A stretch of 64,000 nt of DNA from positions 1 through 64,000 of the IMG/VR virus record IMGVR_UViG_3300025108_000015; one strand, given 5' to 3'. Below the pieces are notes generated by a model that worked only from the letters and a program-made list of their open reading frames with translations, ran no database searches and was not told the DNA's origin. Each line of letters opens with the position of its first letter. Within the stretch, counting starts at the first letter, position 1. The DNA comes from a virus. A program made the position numbers and the translations under genes. Below are positions 37,501 to 46,062 of this stretch, piece after piece.

Positions 37501-40016
37501 TGTATCAAAATGTATACTTCGAAAAAGAAAACAACCTCATCCATTGTTGGGATGATGAGAAAGGTTACTTCACATCTAAATACCGTAGATATGCTTACGT
37601 TAGAGATGGGAATGGTGCTCATACTTCTATTCATGGAGAGAGGCTAAAGAAAATCAACTTTTGGAAGCAAGACGATGGTCTTGAATTATATGAAAGTGAT
37701 GTAAACGAGATGACACGTTTTCTGATTGACCAATATGGTGATTCAGATGAGGTATCGAATGGACATACTGTACTTACCTTTGATATTGAGGTAGAGATGA
37801 ATAGTGGTCTGCCTGATACAAATGAAGCTAAGAATGCTATGACCTCAGTCGCAGGTCATGATTCGGTGAGTGGTGATTACTTTGTATATGTTGTAAATAA
37901 AGGTGAGAAGATTAACAAGACCATCAAAGGTGCTACGGTAGAATCGTTCGATACTGAAGAAGGTATGTTGATTGCGTTCCTAAACAAATGGAAAGAAATT
38001 AATCCAACTATTATTACTGGTTGGAACATTGACTTCTTTGATGTCACGTATCTATACAATCGAATGAAGAGAGTATTGGGTGAGTCTACTGCAAATCAAT
38101 TATCACCAATTGGTAAAGTTCATTGGAATAAGTATCGTAATCGTTATTTGATTGCTGGAGTATCTGCATTGGACTACATCGCTTTATTCAAGAACTTTAC
38201 GTATACTGAATATCCAAACTACCGATTAGACACTATTGCTCGATTAGAGTTGGGTAGAGGTAAGATTGAGTATGAGGGTAACCTTGACCAATTATTCAGA
38301 GATGACTTAGAGAAGTTTATTGAGTACAACTTGGTAGATGTTGAGTTAGTTGTTGATATGGACAAGAAACTTCAGTTCATTGATTTAGCTAGAGCAATAT
38401 GTCACGCAGGTCACGTATTTTATGAAGACTTCTTATTCTCGTCAAAATGGCTAGAGGGTGCAATGTTAACGTTCCTACGTAGGAGTGGTCGTGTTGCTCC
38501 AAACAAACCAAGACGAAGAGCACGTAATGATGATGGAACTGAGGCTGAAGGTAAGTTTACCGGCGCATATGTAAAAGAACCTAAACCTGGTCTTTACAAA
38601 TGGGTATATGATTTGGATTTAACATCACTATATCCATCTATCATTATGACCATCAATATCTCGCCAGAGACAAAGATTGGTAAGTTAAAGAACTATGTGG
38701 CTGAAGACCATATGAAGGGTAAGATTGAAACATATTCAATTATCGATGACGATGGTAATGAGTTTCCTCCATTGGCTAAGGATAAGTTTATGAACTTTAT
38801 CGAAAAGTCAAACTACTCAGTTGCTGCTAATGGTGTTCTATATCGTAGAGATAAGGTGGGTGTGATTCCTGAGATTCTTAATGTTTGGTTTGACAAACGT
38901 GTGGAATACAAAGACCTTATGAAGAAGTATGGTAAGGAAGGTAATGATGAGTTGTATAAGTTCTACTCTCAACGTCAGTTGGTACAAAAGATTATGTTGA
39001 ACTCCTTATATGGGGTACTTGGTCTACCATCATTCCGATTCTATGATGTGGATAATGCTGAGGCAACCACAATCACAGGTCAGACTGTAATTAAGACTAC
39101 CGAGTTGATTGCTAACCAATACTACACAAAGAACATTGGTAAGGAAGCAGATTATAATGTGTATACTGATACGGATTCCGTATTCTATCAGGCAGCACCA
39201 CTTGTAAAAGCTCGTAATCCTGAAATCGATGAGAACTCGGATGAACAAATGATTCCAGCAATTCTATCAGTCGCTAAAGAGGTTGAAGAGCACATCAACA
39301 AGGTGTATGATATGATGGCATTTAAATTGTTCAACGTAGACACTCACCGATTCGACATCAAACAAGAGACTATCGCTAAGGGTGGTTTTTGGGTATCGAA
39401 GAAGAGATACGCTCAATGGATTATAAATGATAATACCGTTGATTGTGATAAGTTGGATGTGAAGGGGTTAGATGTAAAACGTTCATCATTTCCAGTATAC
39501 TTCAAAGAGGTAATGTCTACTGTACTGATGGATATCCTAAAAGATGAGGACAAGAAGAAGTTGGACGATAAAATCCTAAACTATAAGGATGGGATGACTG
39601 ACCAACCATTTGTGAATATCGCAAAGAACTCGGCTGTAAAGGATATGTCTAAGTATAGGTTTAAGGACCAAGCACTTGGTGAGTTCATGAAGGGGACACC
39701 TGCTCACGTAAAGGCTGCACTTACTTACAACCAACTATTGAAGAAGTTTGATGCTCCTTACAAATACGAACCAATGAAGGATGGTGATAAGATTAAGTGG
39801 GTATATCTAAAGAAGAATCCACTTGGACTTCAGACTACCGGATTTACTGGTCACTCCGACCCACCTGAGATAAACGCATTCATTGAACAATACATTGACT
39901 ATGATTTGATTTGGGAGAAGGAGTTGAATAACAAACTCGATGACTTCTACAAAGCAATGAATTGGGAGAAACCAAATCCCAACCTTGCTGCTGCAGCACA
40001 ATTTTTCTCATTTTAA
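37500..40016 (+). CDS. Family B DNA polymerase (gp43-like)
   Basis: Exo I (FDIEV), Exo II (GWNIDFFD), Exo III (YNLVD), DLTSLYPSII, KIMLNSLYG, YTDTDS, KKRYA. Confidence 0.97.
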   Translation: MYQNVYFEKENNLIHCWDDEKGYFTSKYRRYAYVRDGNGAHTSIHGERLKKINFWKQDDGLELYESDVNEMTRFLIDQYGDSDEVSNGHTVLTFDIEVEMNSGLPDTNEAKNAMTSVAGHDSVSGDYFVYVVNKGEKINKTIKGATVESFDTEEGMLIAFLNKWKEINPTIITGWNIDFFDVTYLYNRMKRVLGESTANQLSPIGKVHWNKYRNRYLIAGVSALDYIALFKNFTYTEYPNYRLDTIARLELGRGKIEYEGNLDQLFRDDLEKFIEYNLVDVELVVDMDKKLQFIDLARAICHAGHVFYEDFLFSSKWLEGAMLTFLRRSGRVAPNKPRRRARNDDGTEAEGKFTGAYVKEPKPGLYKWVYDLDLTSLYPSIIMTINISPETKIGKLKNYVAEDHMKGKIETYSIIDDDGNEFPPLAKDKFMNFIEKSNYSVAANGVLYRRDKVGVIPEILNVWFDKRVEYKDLMKKYGKEGNDELYKFYSQRQLVQKIMLNSLYGVLGLPSFRFYDVDNAEATTITGQTVIKTTELIANQYYTKNIGKEADYNVYTDTDSVFYQAAPLVKARNPEIDENSDEQMIPAILSVAKEVEEHINKVYDMMAFKLFNVDTHRFDIKQETIAKGGFWVSKKRYAQWIINDNTVDCDKLDVKGLDVKRSSFPVYFKEVMSTVLMDILKDEDKKKLDDKILNYKDGMTDQPFVNIAKNSAVKDMSKYRFKDQALGEFMKGTPAHVKAALTYNQLLKKFDAPYKYEPMKDGDKIKWVYLKKNPLGLQTTGFTGHSDPPEINAFIEQYIDYDLIWEKELNNKLDDFYKAMNWEKPNPNLAAAAQFFSF

Positions 40017-40048
40017 TTTGGATAGTCCAATTTAATTTCGTATATTAG
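40017..40048 (+). promoter_or_regulatory. Promoter-like TTTGG-N18-GTATATTAG
   Basis: Exact motif upstream of the sliding clamp gene. Confidence 0.72.
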
Positions 40049-40072
40049 TATAATAAATAACAAATAATAACA

Positions 40073-40768
40073 ATGAAAAAGAATTCTATTGAAGGTTTCA
40101 TCTCTCGTTACAACTTGGGTGGTGAAGTGGAGTCAGTAAAAGTTAATTCTACTGACGCCGGAATGCAAGTTTCATTCATCTCTGATGACAAAACTCTATT
40201 GGGTACTGTTGAGAGTGAAGAGACTGGTTTTCCAAATGGAGAGTATGGGGTTTATACCACATCTCAATTAAAAGGTCTACTTGGTGTATTGGGTAGTCAA
40301 GTTGATGTATCCGAAGGTACGGCTGCATTGGTATTCTCTGATGGTAAAACTTCAGTAAACTATATGTTGGCTGACCTCTCAGTTATTCCAGTAGTACCTG
40401 AACTAAAACAACTTCCACCATTTACATCTAATGTAACTATGGATGGTGATTTCATCGCTACCTTTACAAAAGCTAAGGGTGCTATGTCTGATTCAGACAC
40501 GTTTACATTTACGTGTAAAGAAAACAAAGGTGAGGTAATTTTAGGTTACTCTAAAATCAACTCTAACCGAATCTCTATGAATGTCGAGTGTACGTGTGAA
40601 AGTGATGTTGAACCAATTTCATTCTCAGCTAAGTACTTGAAAGAGATTCTAAGTGCTAATCGTGGTGCTAAGTCATCTTCTTTGAAGATTTCACCACAAG
40701 GTCTTGCTCACGTTGCATTTGAGCATGATGGATTCAAGTCTAATTACTATTTAGTAGAGATTAAGTAA
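40073..40768 (+). CDS. Sliding clamp (gp45-like)
   Basis: 231 aa between PolB and the clamp loader; GVYTTSQLKGLL, YMLADLSVI, FSAKYLKEIL, ISPQGLAHVAF, YYLVE. Confidence 0.72.
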   Translation: MKKNSIEGFISRYNLGGEVESVKVNSTDAGMQVSFISDDKTLLGTVESEETGFPNGEYGVYTTSQLKGLLGVLGSQVDVSEGTAALVFSDGKTSVNYMLADLSVIPVVPELKQLPPFTSNVTMDGDFIATFTKAKGAMSDSDTFTFTCKENKGEVILGYSKINSNRISMNVECTCESDVEPISFSAKYLKEILSANRGAKSSSLKISPQGLAHVAFEHDGFKSNYYLVEIK

Positions 40769-40769
40769 T

Positions 40770-41960
40770 ATGCAGTTTTGGGACACAGAACCAACGAAGC
40801 CGGTGTTTGACTATAATGTTGAGAAAGAAAAGTTCATTGAGAATATGGACTACCTTTCGTCAATGTCAGTAGAAGAGCAGACGCTTTACAAAAAGTGGGA
40901 TGAGTGGAATTCAGACTTACCAACTTCAATGAAACGGAAAGCCGCAATGGCTCAGTATATTGACCAACTATGGTCACCTACTGACATTACGAACAAGGAC
41001 CAAACAATCAAAGAGATTGAGGACCTTGACCCATACGTTGAGATTGTAACTGACTCCAAAGAATCCACTCGTTGGACTGAAATCCGTAAGTTAATCCATA
41101 CAATGTCATTCACTGCTAATCCAGGTCGTAATGTAAAGATGTACATTAAAGACCGAGTAAGTGGTAAGATGTTGGGGTTGGTTTCTTTGGGTTCTGATGT
41201 CACTTCATTGGGAGTTAGGGATAACTATATAGGATGGACTAAGGAGAACAAATTCCAAGATGGTAGATTGAATCACACTACAATAGCAAGTACTATTGTG
41301 TGTACTCAACCATTAGGATATAACTTCTTAGGTGGTAAGTTAGTAGCCTGTATGACTACATCTCCAGTCGTTCGTGAACATTGGAAAGAAAAGTACGGAC
41401 AAGAACTTATTGCAGTAGGTACTACTTCACTATATGGTATCCACTCTCAATATAATGGTATTCCACATTTCAAAACATTGGGTGAGTCAGCTGGTAAAGT
41501 TGCTACCAAGCCAGATGATTCAGTTTATGATGTATGGCATCAATGGTTAAAAGAAAACCAGCCAGATGAGTATGCTAGACACACAACTCAGAAGGATGGG
41601 ATTGCTGGACCTGTATCAGGTGTAAAGCAACGTATCCTATCAATGATATTCAAAGAATTGGGTATTAAACAAAGTCATTATATGCATGGATTCAAACGAG
41701 GTGTATACTTCGCTATGATGTATGATAATGGAAATGAGTTTCTTCGTAATGAGATTGGCGAAAGTGAATTGAAACTAAAGAAGAAGTTTGAGGAAGGTGA
41801 CGATTATACTATGAGGTGGTGGAAGAAGAAGGCTATTAAACGATACTCTAAACTATTTGATGAGGGTCGTATTAAACCAGAACCATTATTTTATCTTGAC
41901 ATCATTGGTATGTCTTGGGAAGAAGCAAAAAAACAATACTTAAAAGAAGTAGGACGATGA
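40770..41960 (+). CDS. DUF4338 / DruA-like protein
   Basis: PGRNVKMYIKD..SGKMLG..SLGSD...RD.YIGW, PLGYNFLGGKLVA, TTSLYG..SQYN. Confidence 0.65.
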   Translation: MQFWDTEPTKPVFDYNVEKEKFIENMDYLSSMSVEEQTLYKKWDEWNSDLPTSMKRKAAMAQYIDQLWSPTDITNKDQTIKEIEDLDPYVEIVTDSKESTRWTEIRKLIHTMSFTANPGRNVKMYIKDRVSGKMLGLVSLGSDVTSLGVRDNYIGWTKENKFQDGRLNHTTIASTIVCTQPLGYNFLGGKLVACMTTSPVVREHWKEKYGQELIAVGTTSLYGIHSQYNGIPHFKTLGESAGKVATKPDDSVYDVWHQWLKENQPDEYARHTTQKDGIAGPVSGVKQRILSMIFKELGIKQSHYMHGFKRGVYFAMMYDNGNEFLRNEIGESELKLKKKFEEGDDYTMRWWKKKAIKRYSKLFDEGRIKPEPLFYLDIIGMSWEEAKKQYLKEVGR

Positions 41961-42877
41961 GTAATTCACTATGGGTTGAGAAGTATCGACCAGACACATT
42001 AGAAGGTTATGTAGGTAACGACCATATCCTTGAGAAGGTAAAGATTTATATCGAGAATGATGACGTACCACACTTACTACTTTATGGAGTAGCAGGTACT
42101 GGTAAAACCACTCTCGCTAAAATCATTACAAACCAAATTGATTGTGATGTTATGTACATTAACGCATCTGATGAAAACTCAGTAGATGCAGTTAGGGATA
42201 AGATTAGAGGGTTCGCATCATCTATGGGATTCCGTAAGTGGAAAGTTGTAATATTAGATGAGTCTGATTACTTAACACCAAACGCACAAGCAGCACTCCG
42301 TAATCTTATGGAGACATTCAGTAAGTCAACACGATTTATCTTAACGTGTAACTATGTGGAGAAGGTAATCGACCCTATCCAATCAAGATGTCAAACATTT
42401 GCTATTGCACCTCCATCAAAGAAGGAAGTAGCTAAACGTTTACACCAAATCTTAAATAAAGAAAGTGTTACGTTTAACAACGAAGACCTTGCCGTGTTGG
42501 TGAATAGTGGATATCCTGATATTCGTAGAGTACTAAACGCAGCACAACGTCAAGTTGTCAAGGGTGAGTTAAAGATTGATACCACATCTACTGTACAAGC
42601 TAATTACACCGATAATGTAATTAAGGTTTTACAAAAAAGTGGTGACATCAAAGAACAATTCACGGAAATCAGACAAATCATCAATGATTCAAAATTAAAG
42701 GATTTTACACCATTGTATCGTTCTCTTTATGACGAGGTAGATAACTACGCAAGTGGTAAAGTGGGTCAGACTATCTTAAACATCGCAGATGGTCAGTACA
42801 AAGACGCAATGGTAGTTGATAAGGAAATCAACGTAATGGCGATGATGTTAAATATATTAATAACAATAGGAAAGTAA
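41957..42877 (+). CDS. Clamp loader AAA+ subunit (gp44/RFC-like)
   Basis: LWVEKYRP, GVAGTGKTT, INASDE, ILDESD, AQAALR, IQSRC. Start set at ATG 41957. Confidence 0.94.
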   Translation: MSNSLWVEKYRPDTLEGYVGNDHILEKVKIYIENDDVPHLLLYGVAGTGKTTLAKIITNQIDCDVMYINASDENSVDAVRDKIRGFASSMGFRKWKVVILDESDYLTPNAQAALRNLMETFSKSTRFILTCNYVEKVIDPIQSRCQTFAIAPPSKKEVAKRLHQILNKESVTFNNEDLAVLVNSGYPDIRRVLNAAQRQVVKGELKIDTTSTVQANYTDNVIKVLQKSGDIKEQFTEIRQIINDSKLKDFTPLYRSLYDEVDNYASGKVGQTILNIADGQYKDAMVVDKEINVMAMMLNILITIGK

Positions 42878-42880
42878 ATT

Positions 42881-43051
42881 ATGGCAAATTCAAACGAATT
42901 ATTCGAACAAATGACCGAGCTATTTGCAGACTTCACCGAGTCTCACAATGGAACGACTAAGAAGTCATCTACCCAAGCTAGAAAAGCAATTGGTGAGTTG
43001 AAGAAATTAGTTACTGAGTATCGTAAGGCTTCGGTAGAAGAAAACAAGTAA
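42881..43051 (+). CDS. Histone H1-like (Hc1-type) small protein
   Basis: Not in the ORF track. MANSNELFEQMTELFADFTESHNGTTKKSSTQARKAIGELKKLVTEYRKASVEENK; the ARKA..ELKKL...RK pattern matches recalled Hc1-like proteins. Confidence 0.65.
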   Translation: MANSNELFEQMTELFADFTESHNGTTKKSSTQARKAIGELKKLVTEYRKASVEENK

Positions 43052-43054
43052 GTT

Positions 43055-43345
43055 ATGGCTAAGAAAAAAGGTAAAGTAGTAAGTATGGGTGGTCCATCTA
43101 ATGCACAACCAGCACCGCAAATACAATTAGACCCATTCAAGTTACCAACAGTAACTTGTCCTAATTGTGATGGTATATTTTTTACGGAAGTTTCCATGTA
43201 CAAGGAAGTGCCAGCAGTTCAGTCACCATCAGGTCAAGCATCCATGTTACCTATTCCCGTAGTCATTTGTAATGAATGTGGGACAGTACATCCAAAGTTC
43301 ACTCCAAAAGAGTTTTTTGAAGATGGCGGAAGCAAAGAAAGCTAA
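43055..43345 (+). CDS. Small zinc-ribbon protein
   Basis: CPNC...CNECG. Confidence 0.7.
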   Translation: MAKKKGKVVSMGGPSNAQPAPQIQLDPFKLPTVTCPNCDGIFFTEVSMYKEVPAVQSPSGQASMLPIPVVICNECGTVHPKFTPKEFFEDGGSKES

Positions 43346-43763
43346 GACCTTATTTCAACACCTTTCGGGAATAAAGGAGAAGAAAACATCTTGGGAGTCC
43401 CTTTCAGTTATGGACAAAAAGAGTTTCGAACCATATATGGTAAATAGATTTCTATCTATGAATATGGGTCTTCTTGAGTTGGTCAATGAGTTACAACAAT
43501 ATACCATTGGCCAACTCTCACCGAAAGATGTATACAAGTTATACTTGGATGTCTTACCTAAGAAAAAGTCATTCGACAAGTATATAAAAGCAAAGGGTGG
43601 TGACAAGTATAATGATAAGGTATTGAGTTACTTGACACGATACTTCGAAGTATCAGAACGTGAAGTTAAGGATTATCTTGAAATTTTATCAAAAGATGAA
43701 GTAATTGAGATTATTCAAAAGTTTGGTGTAGATAAAAAAGACATAAAAAAATGGCTGAAATAA
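43323..43763 (+). CDS. Clamp loader small subunit (gp62-like)
   Basis: TLFQHL, FEPYMVNRFLS, VNELQ, LPKKKSFDKYIK, YFEVSEREVKDYL. Start set at ATG 43323. Confidence 0.75.
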   Translation: MAEAKKAKTLFQHLSGIKEKKTSWESLSVMDKKSFEPYMVNRFLSMNMGLLELVNELQQYTIGQLSPKDVYKLYLDVLPKKKSFDKYIKAKGGDKYNDKVLSYLTRYFEVSEREVKDYLEILSKDEVIEIIQKFGVDKKDIKKWLK

Positions 43764-44161
43764 TAAAAGAAGCAAAGACTAAAGTTGAGTGGGTTAATGA
43801 AGAAGAAAGACCCATATATGGTGAGATGACCGCAAGAGAATTTTGTGAGGATACTTATCCTGAAATGATGGAAGAGTACAAAAGAATCATGTGGGAACAA
43901 TACGAGACCTTTTGTAAAAAACAACGAAACTACGGACCAGGTAACATCTCGGTTGGAACTCCGTTGGAGACAAAAGATGACGTAAAATTATCACTAACCG
44001 GATTATGGTTTAGAATGAACGATAAGGTTCAGAGACTAAAACAACTCGTAGTATTAGGTCAGCCAGATGAGGTTGGTGAATCACTACAAGATACCTATGC
44101 AGATTTATCAGTATATGGTATCATTGCCCAATTAGTCCAAAACGGAAAATGGGCAAAGTAA
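43751..44161 (+). CDS. DUF1599-like (nucleotide modification associated domain 1) protein
   Basis: KKQRNYG..NI, RMNDKVQRLK, ESLQDTYADLSVYGII. Confidence 0.75.
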   Translation: MAEIIKEAKTKVEWVNEEERPIYGEMTAREFCEDTYPEMMEEYKRIMWEQYETFCKKQRNYGPGNISVGTPLETKDDVKLSLTGLWFRMNDKVQRLKQLVVLGQPDEVGESLQDTYADLSVYGIIAQLVQNGKWAK

Positions 44162-44194
44162 TTGTTAAAACTTAACAATTTAATAACATTAAAA

Positions 44195-44226
44195 TTTGGT
44201 GGTTCCGCCATAATTTTGTATATTAG
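44195..44226 (+). promoter_or_regulatory. Promoter-like TTTGG-N18-GTATATTAG, with upstream TTAACA-N5-ATAACA at 44172-44188
   Basis: Exact motif, 5 nt before ATG 44232. Confidence 0.72.
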
Positions 44227-44231
44227 AGTAT

Positions 44232-45167
44232 ATGAAAAAGTCAGAAGTATCAAATGTGTTTAACCTCTCCATACGAGAAGACGTAGGTGGGGTTTCCAAA
44301 GTATCATACTCCCAATATACGATGTGGGCGAACTGCCCTAAACAATGGAAGTTAACCTATATGGATGGTCACAAAGACTTTGACCCATCCATTCACCTTG
44401 TCTTTGGTACTGCCATGCACGAGACTCTTCAAGAGTGGTTACAAATCTTGTATAAGGATGGGCCTACTGAAGCAGATAAACTCGACTTGGGTCAGTTGTT
44501 ATTAACTTCAATGGCTAATGAGTACAAATCAATGTCAGAACGATATGGTTCATTCACAACCAAAGCTGAGATGAACGAGTTCTACGATGATGGTATTCAA
44601 ATCATTGACTACATCAAAAAGAATCGTACTGATTACTTCTCAACTAAGAAGTTAAGCTTGAGGGGTGTAGAGTTACCAATCTTCCACGAGACCTCAAACA
44701 AAAACATTATGATGAAGGGATTCATCGATTTAGTGTTTGAAGACCAAGATGGTATCATAGAGATTTGGGATATCAAGACATCTACAAGAGGATGGAATGA
44801 GTATCAGAAGAAAGATAAAACCAAGACTGCTCAATTAGTTCTATATAAGAAGTTCTTCTCAGAACAATACGGATGGCCTATCGACAAGATTCAAGTCAGA
44901 TACTTTATTGTAAAACGTAAGTTGTGGGAAGAAGCAATGTTTGCTCAGAAGAGAGTTCAAGAGTTTGTACCTGCTCATGGTAGTATTACAATGAGAAACG
45001 TATCAACATCATTCGATGATTTTATATCTAAATCATTCAATGAAGATGGGTCATATAATACTGAAGGTGAGTTTCCTGCTATCGCAGGTAAGAACTCCAA
45101 GAATTGTAAGTATTGTCCTTTCAAGAAAAGTGAGTTGTGTAATCGTAAGGAAAGAATCAAATCCTAA
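44232..45167 (+). CDS. PD-(D/E)XK nuclease (RecB/Cas4-like exonuclease)
   Basis: SYSQYTMWANCP, FGTAMHE, GFIDLV, IWDIKTS, QLVLY, CKYCPF....C. Confidence 0.88.
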   Translation: MKKSEVSNVFNLSIREDVGGVSKVSYSQYTMWANCPKQWKLTYMDGHKDFDPSIHLVFGTAMHETLQEWLQILYKDGPTEADKLDLGQLLLTSMANEYKSMSERYGSFTTKAEMNEFYDDGIQIIDYIKKNRTDYFSTKKLSLRGVELPIFHETSNKNIMMKGFIDLVFEDQDGIIEIWDIKTSTRGWNEYQKKDKTKTAQLVLYKKFFSEQYGWPIDKIQVRYFIVKRKLWEEAMFAQKRVQEFVPAHGSITMRNVSTSFDDFISKSFNEDGSYNTEGEFPAIAGKNSKNCKYCPFKKSELCNRKERIKS

Positions 45168-45170
45168 TAT

Positions 45171-45701
45171 ATGAGAAAGTTACTATTAGTACCTGCTATT
45201 TTATTAATTTCAGCTACCTACATGATTAAAAAAAAGGAATCTTTAATTAATATTCCTTTAAAAGAAATTAACCAAATCGAAGTAACACCCCCAAATGTAC
45301 AATTAGCACCCGTTTCGTTAAGAAACCTAAACGATTTAGTAGAAGCAATCATTTGGGTAGAAAGTCGTGGTGACACGTCTGCATATTGTAAAAAAGAAGA
45401 TGCTGTTGGTGTTCTTCAAATTAGACCAATAATGTTAAAAGAAGTTAACCGAATTTTGGATTTAAAAGGTTCAGGTTACATATTTACATTAGAAGACCGA
45501 TGGAGTAGAGATAAATCTATTCAAATGTTTAACATAGTTGCAAATTATTATCACGAAACAAGTTCATATGAAAAAATCGCTAGGTGTTGGAATGGTGGTC
45601 CGAAGGGATTACAAAAAAAACAAACCAAGAAGTATTGGAGGAAGGTTCAAAAAAGACTCAAAAAATATGAGAATAGCACTGCTGGGGAGCCCAACGTATG
45701 A
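45171..45701 (+). CDS. Lysozyme / lytic transglycosylase-like protein with a hydrophobic N-terminus
   Basis: AIIWVESRG, AVGVLQI, ARCWNGGP; N-terminal MRKLLLVPAILLISATYM. Confidence 0.75.
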   Translation: MRKLLLVPAILLISATYMIKKKESLINIPLKEINQIEVTPPNVQLAPVSLRNLNDLVEAIIWVESRGDTSAYCKKEDAVGVLQIRPIMLKEVNRILDLKGSGYIFTLEDRWSRDKSIQMFNIVANYYHETSSYEKIARCWNGGPKGLQKKQTKKYWRKVQKRLKKYENSTAGEPNV

Positions 45702-46062
45702 GAATAGGGGTGAAGTAAAAGAACTCGTTTGGAATCTAAAACAAAAATTTGGAGAAGAATTAATACTAATAACACGTGGAAATACTGATGGTATAGAAAA
45801 ATGGGTACGTAAGTTCTCATTAGAATTAGGTGTTAAGTATATAGAGTATAATCCAGCACATACTATAATGTCATTATATAGTGGCATGGAATCTGAATAT
45901 TATGGTAAGCCATATCACCCAACTCAGCCTTTACATCAATATGATTGTGTAGTCAGAGGTTCAGATAAGTTATACTTCTTTGGGGAAATTAAAAAAAATG
46001 AATTCAACCATTTTAAACGAGTATTAAGTCGTAATGGTAAAACTGCTAAATTTATACAATGA
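45667..46062 (+). CDS. Hypothetical protein, possibly SLOG/YspA-like
   Basis: MRIALLGS...ITRGNTDGIEKW...LGVKYIEY. Start set at ATG 45667. Confidence 0.45.
   Translation: MRIALLGSPTYENRGEVKELVWNLKQKFGEELILITRGNTDGIEKWVRKFSLELGVKYIEYNPAHTIMSLYSGMESEYYGKPYHPTQPLHQYDCVVRGSDKLYFFGEIKKNEFNHFKRVLSRNGKTAKFIQ

Noticed and set aside
44232-45167. Cas4 as evidence of a CRISPR system
   Set aside because: Stand-alone PD-(D/E)XK exonucleases are routine in phage replication modules; no array or other cas genes are present.
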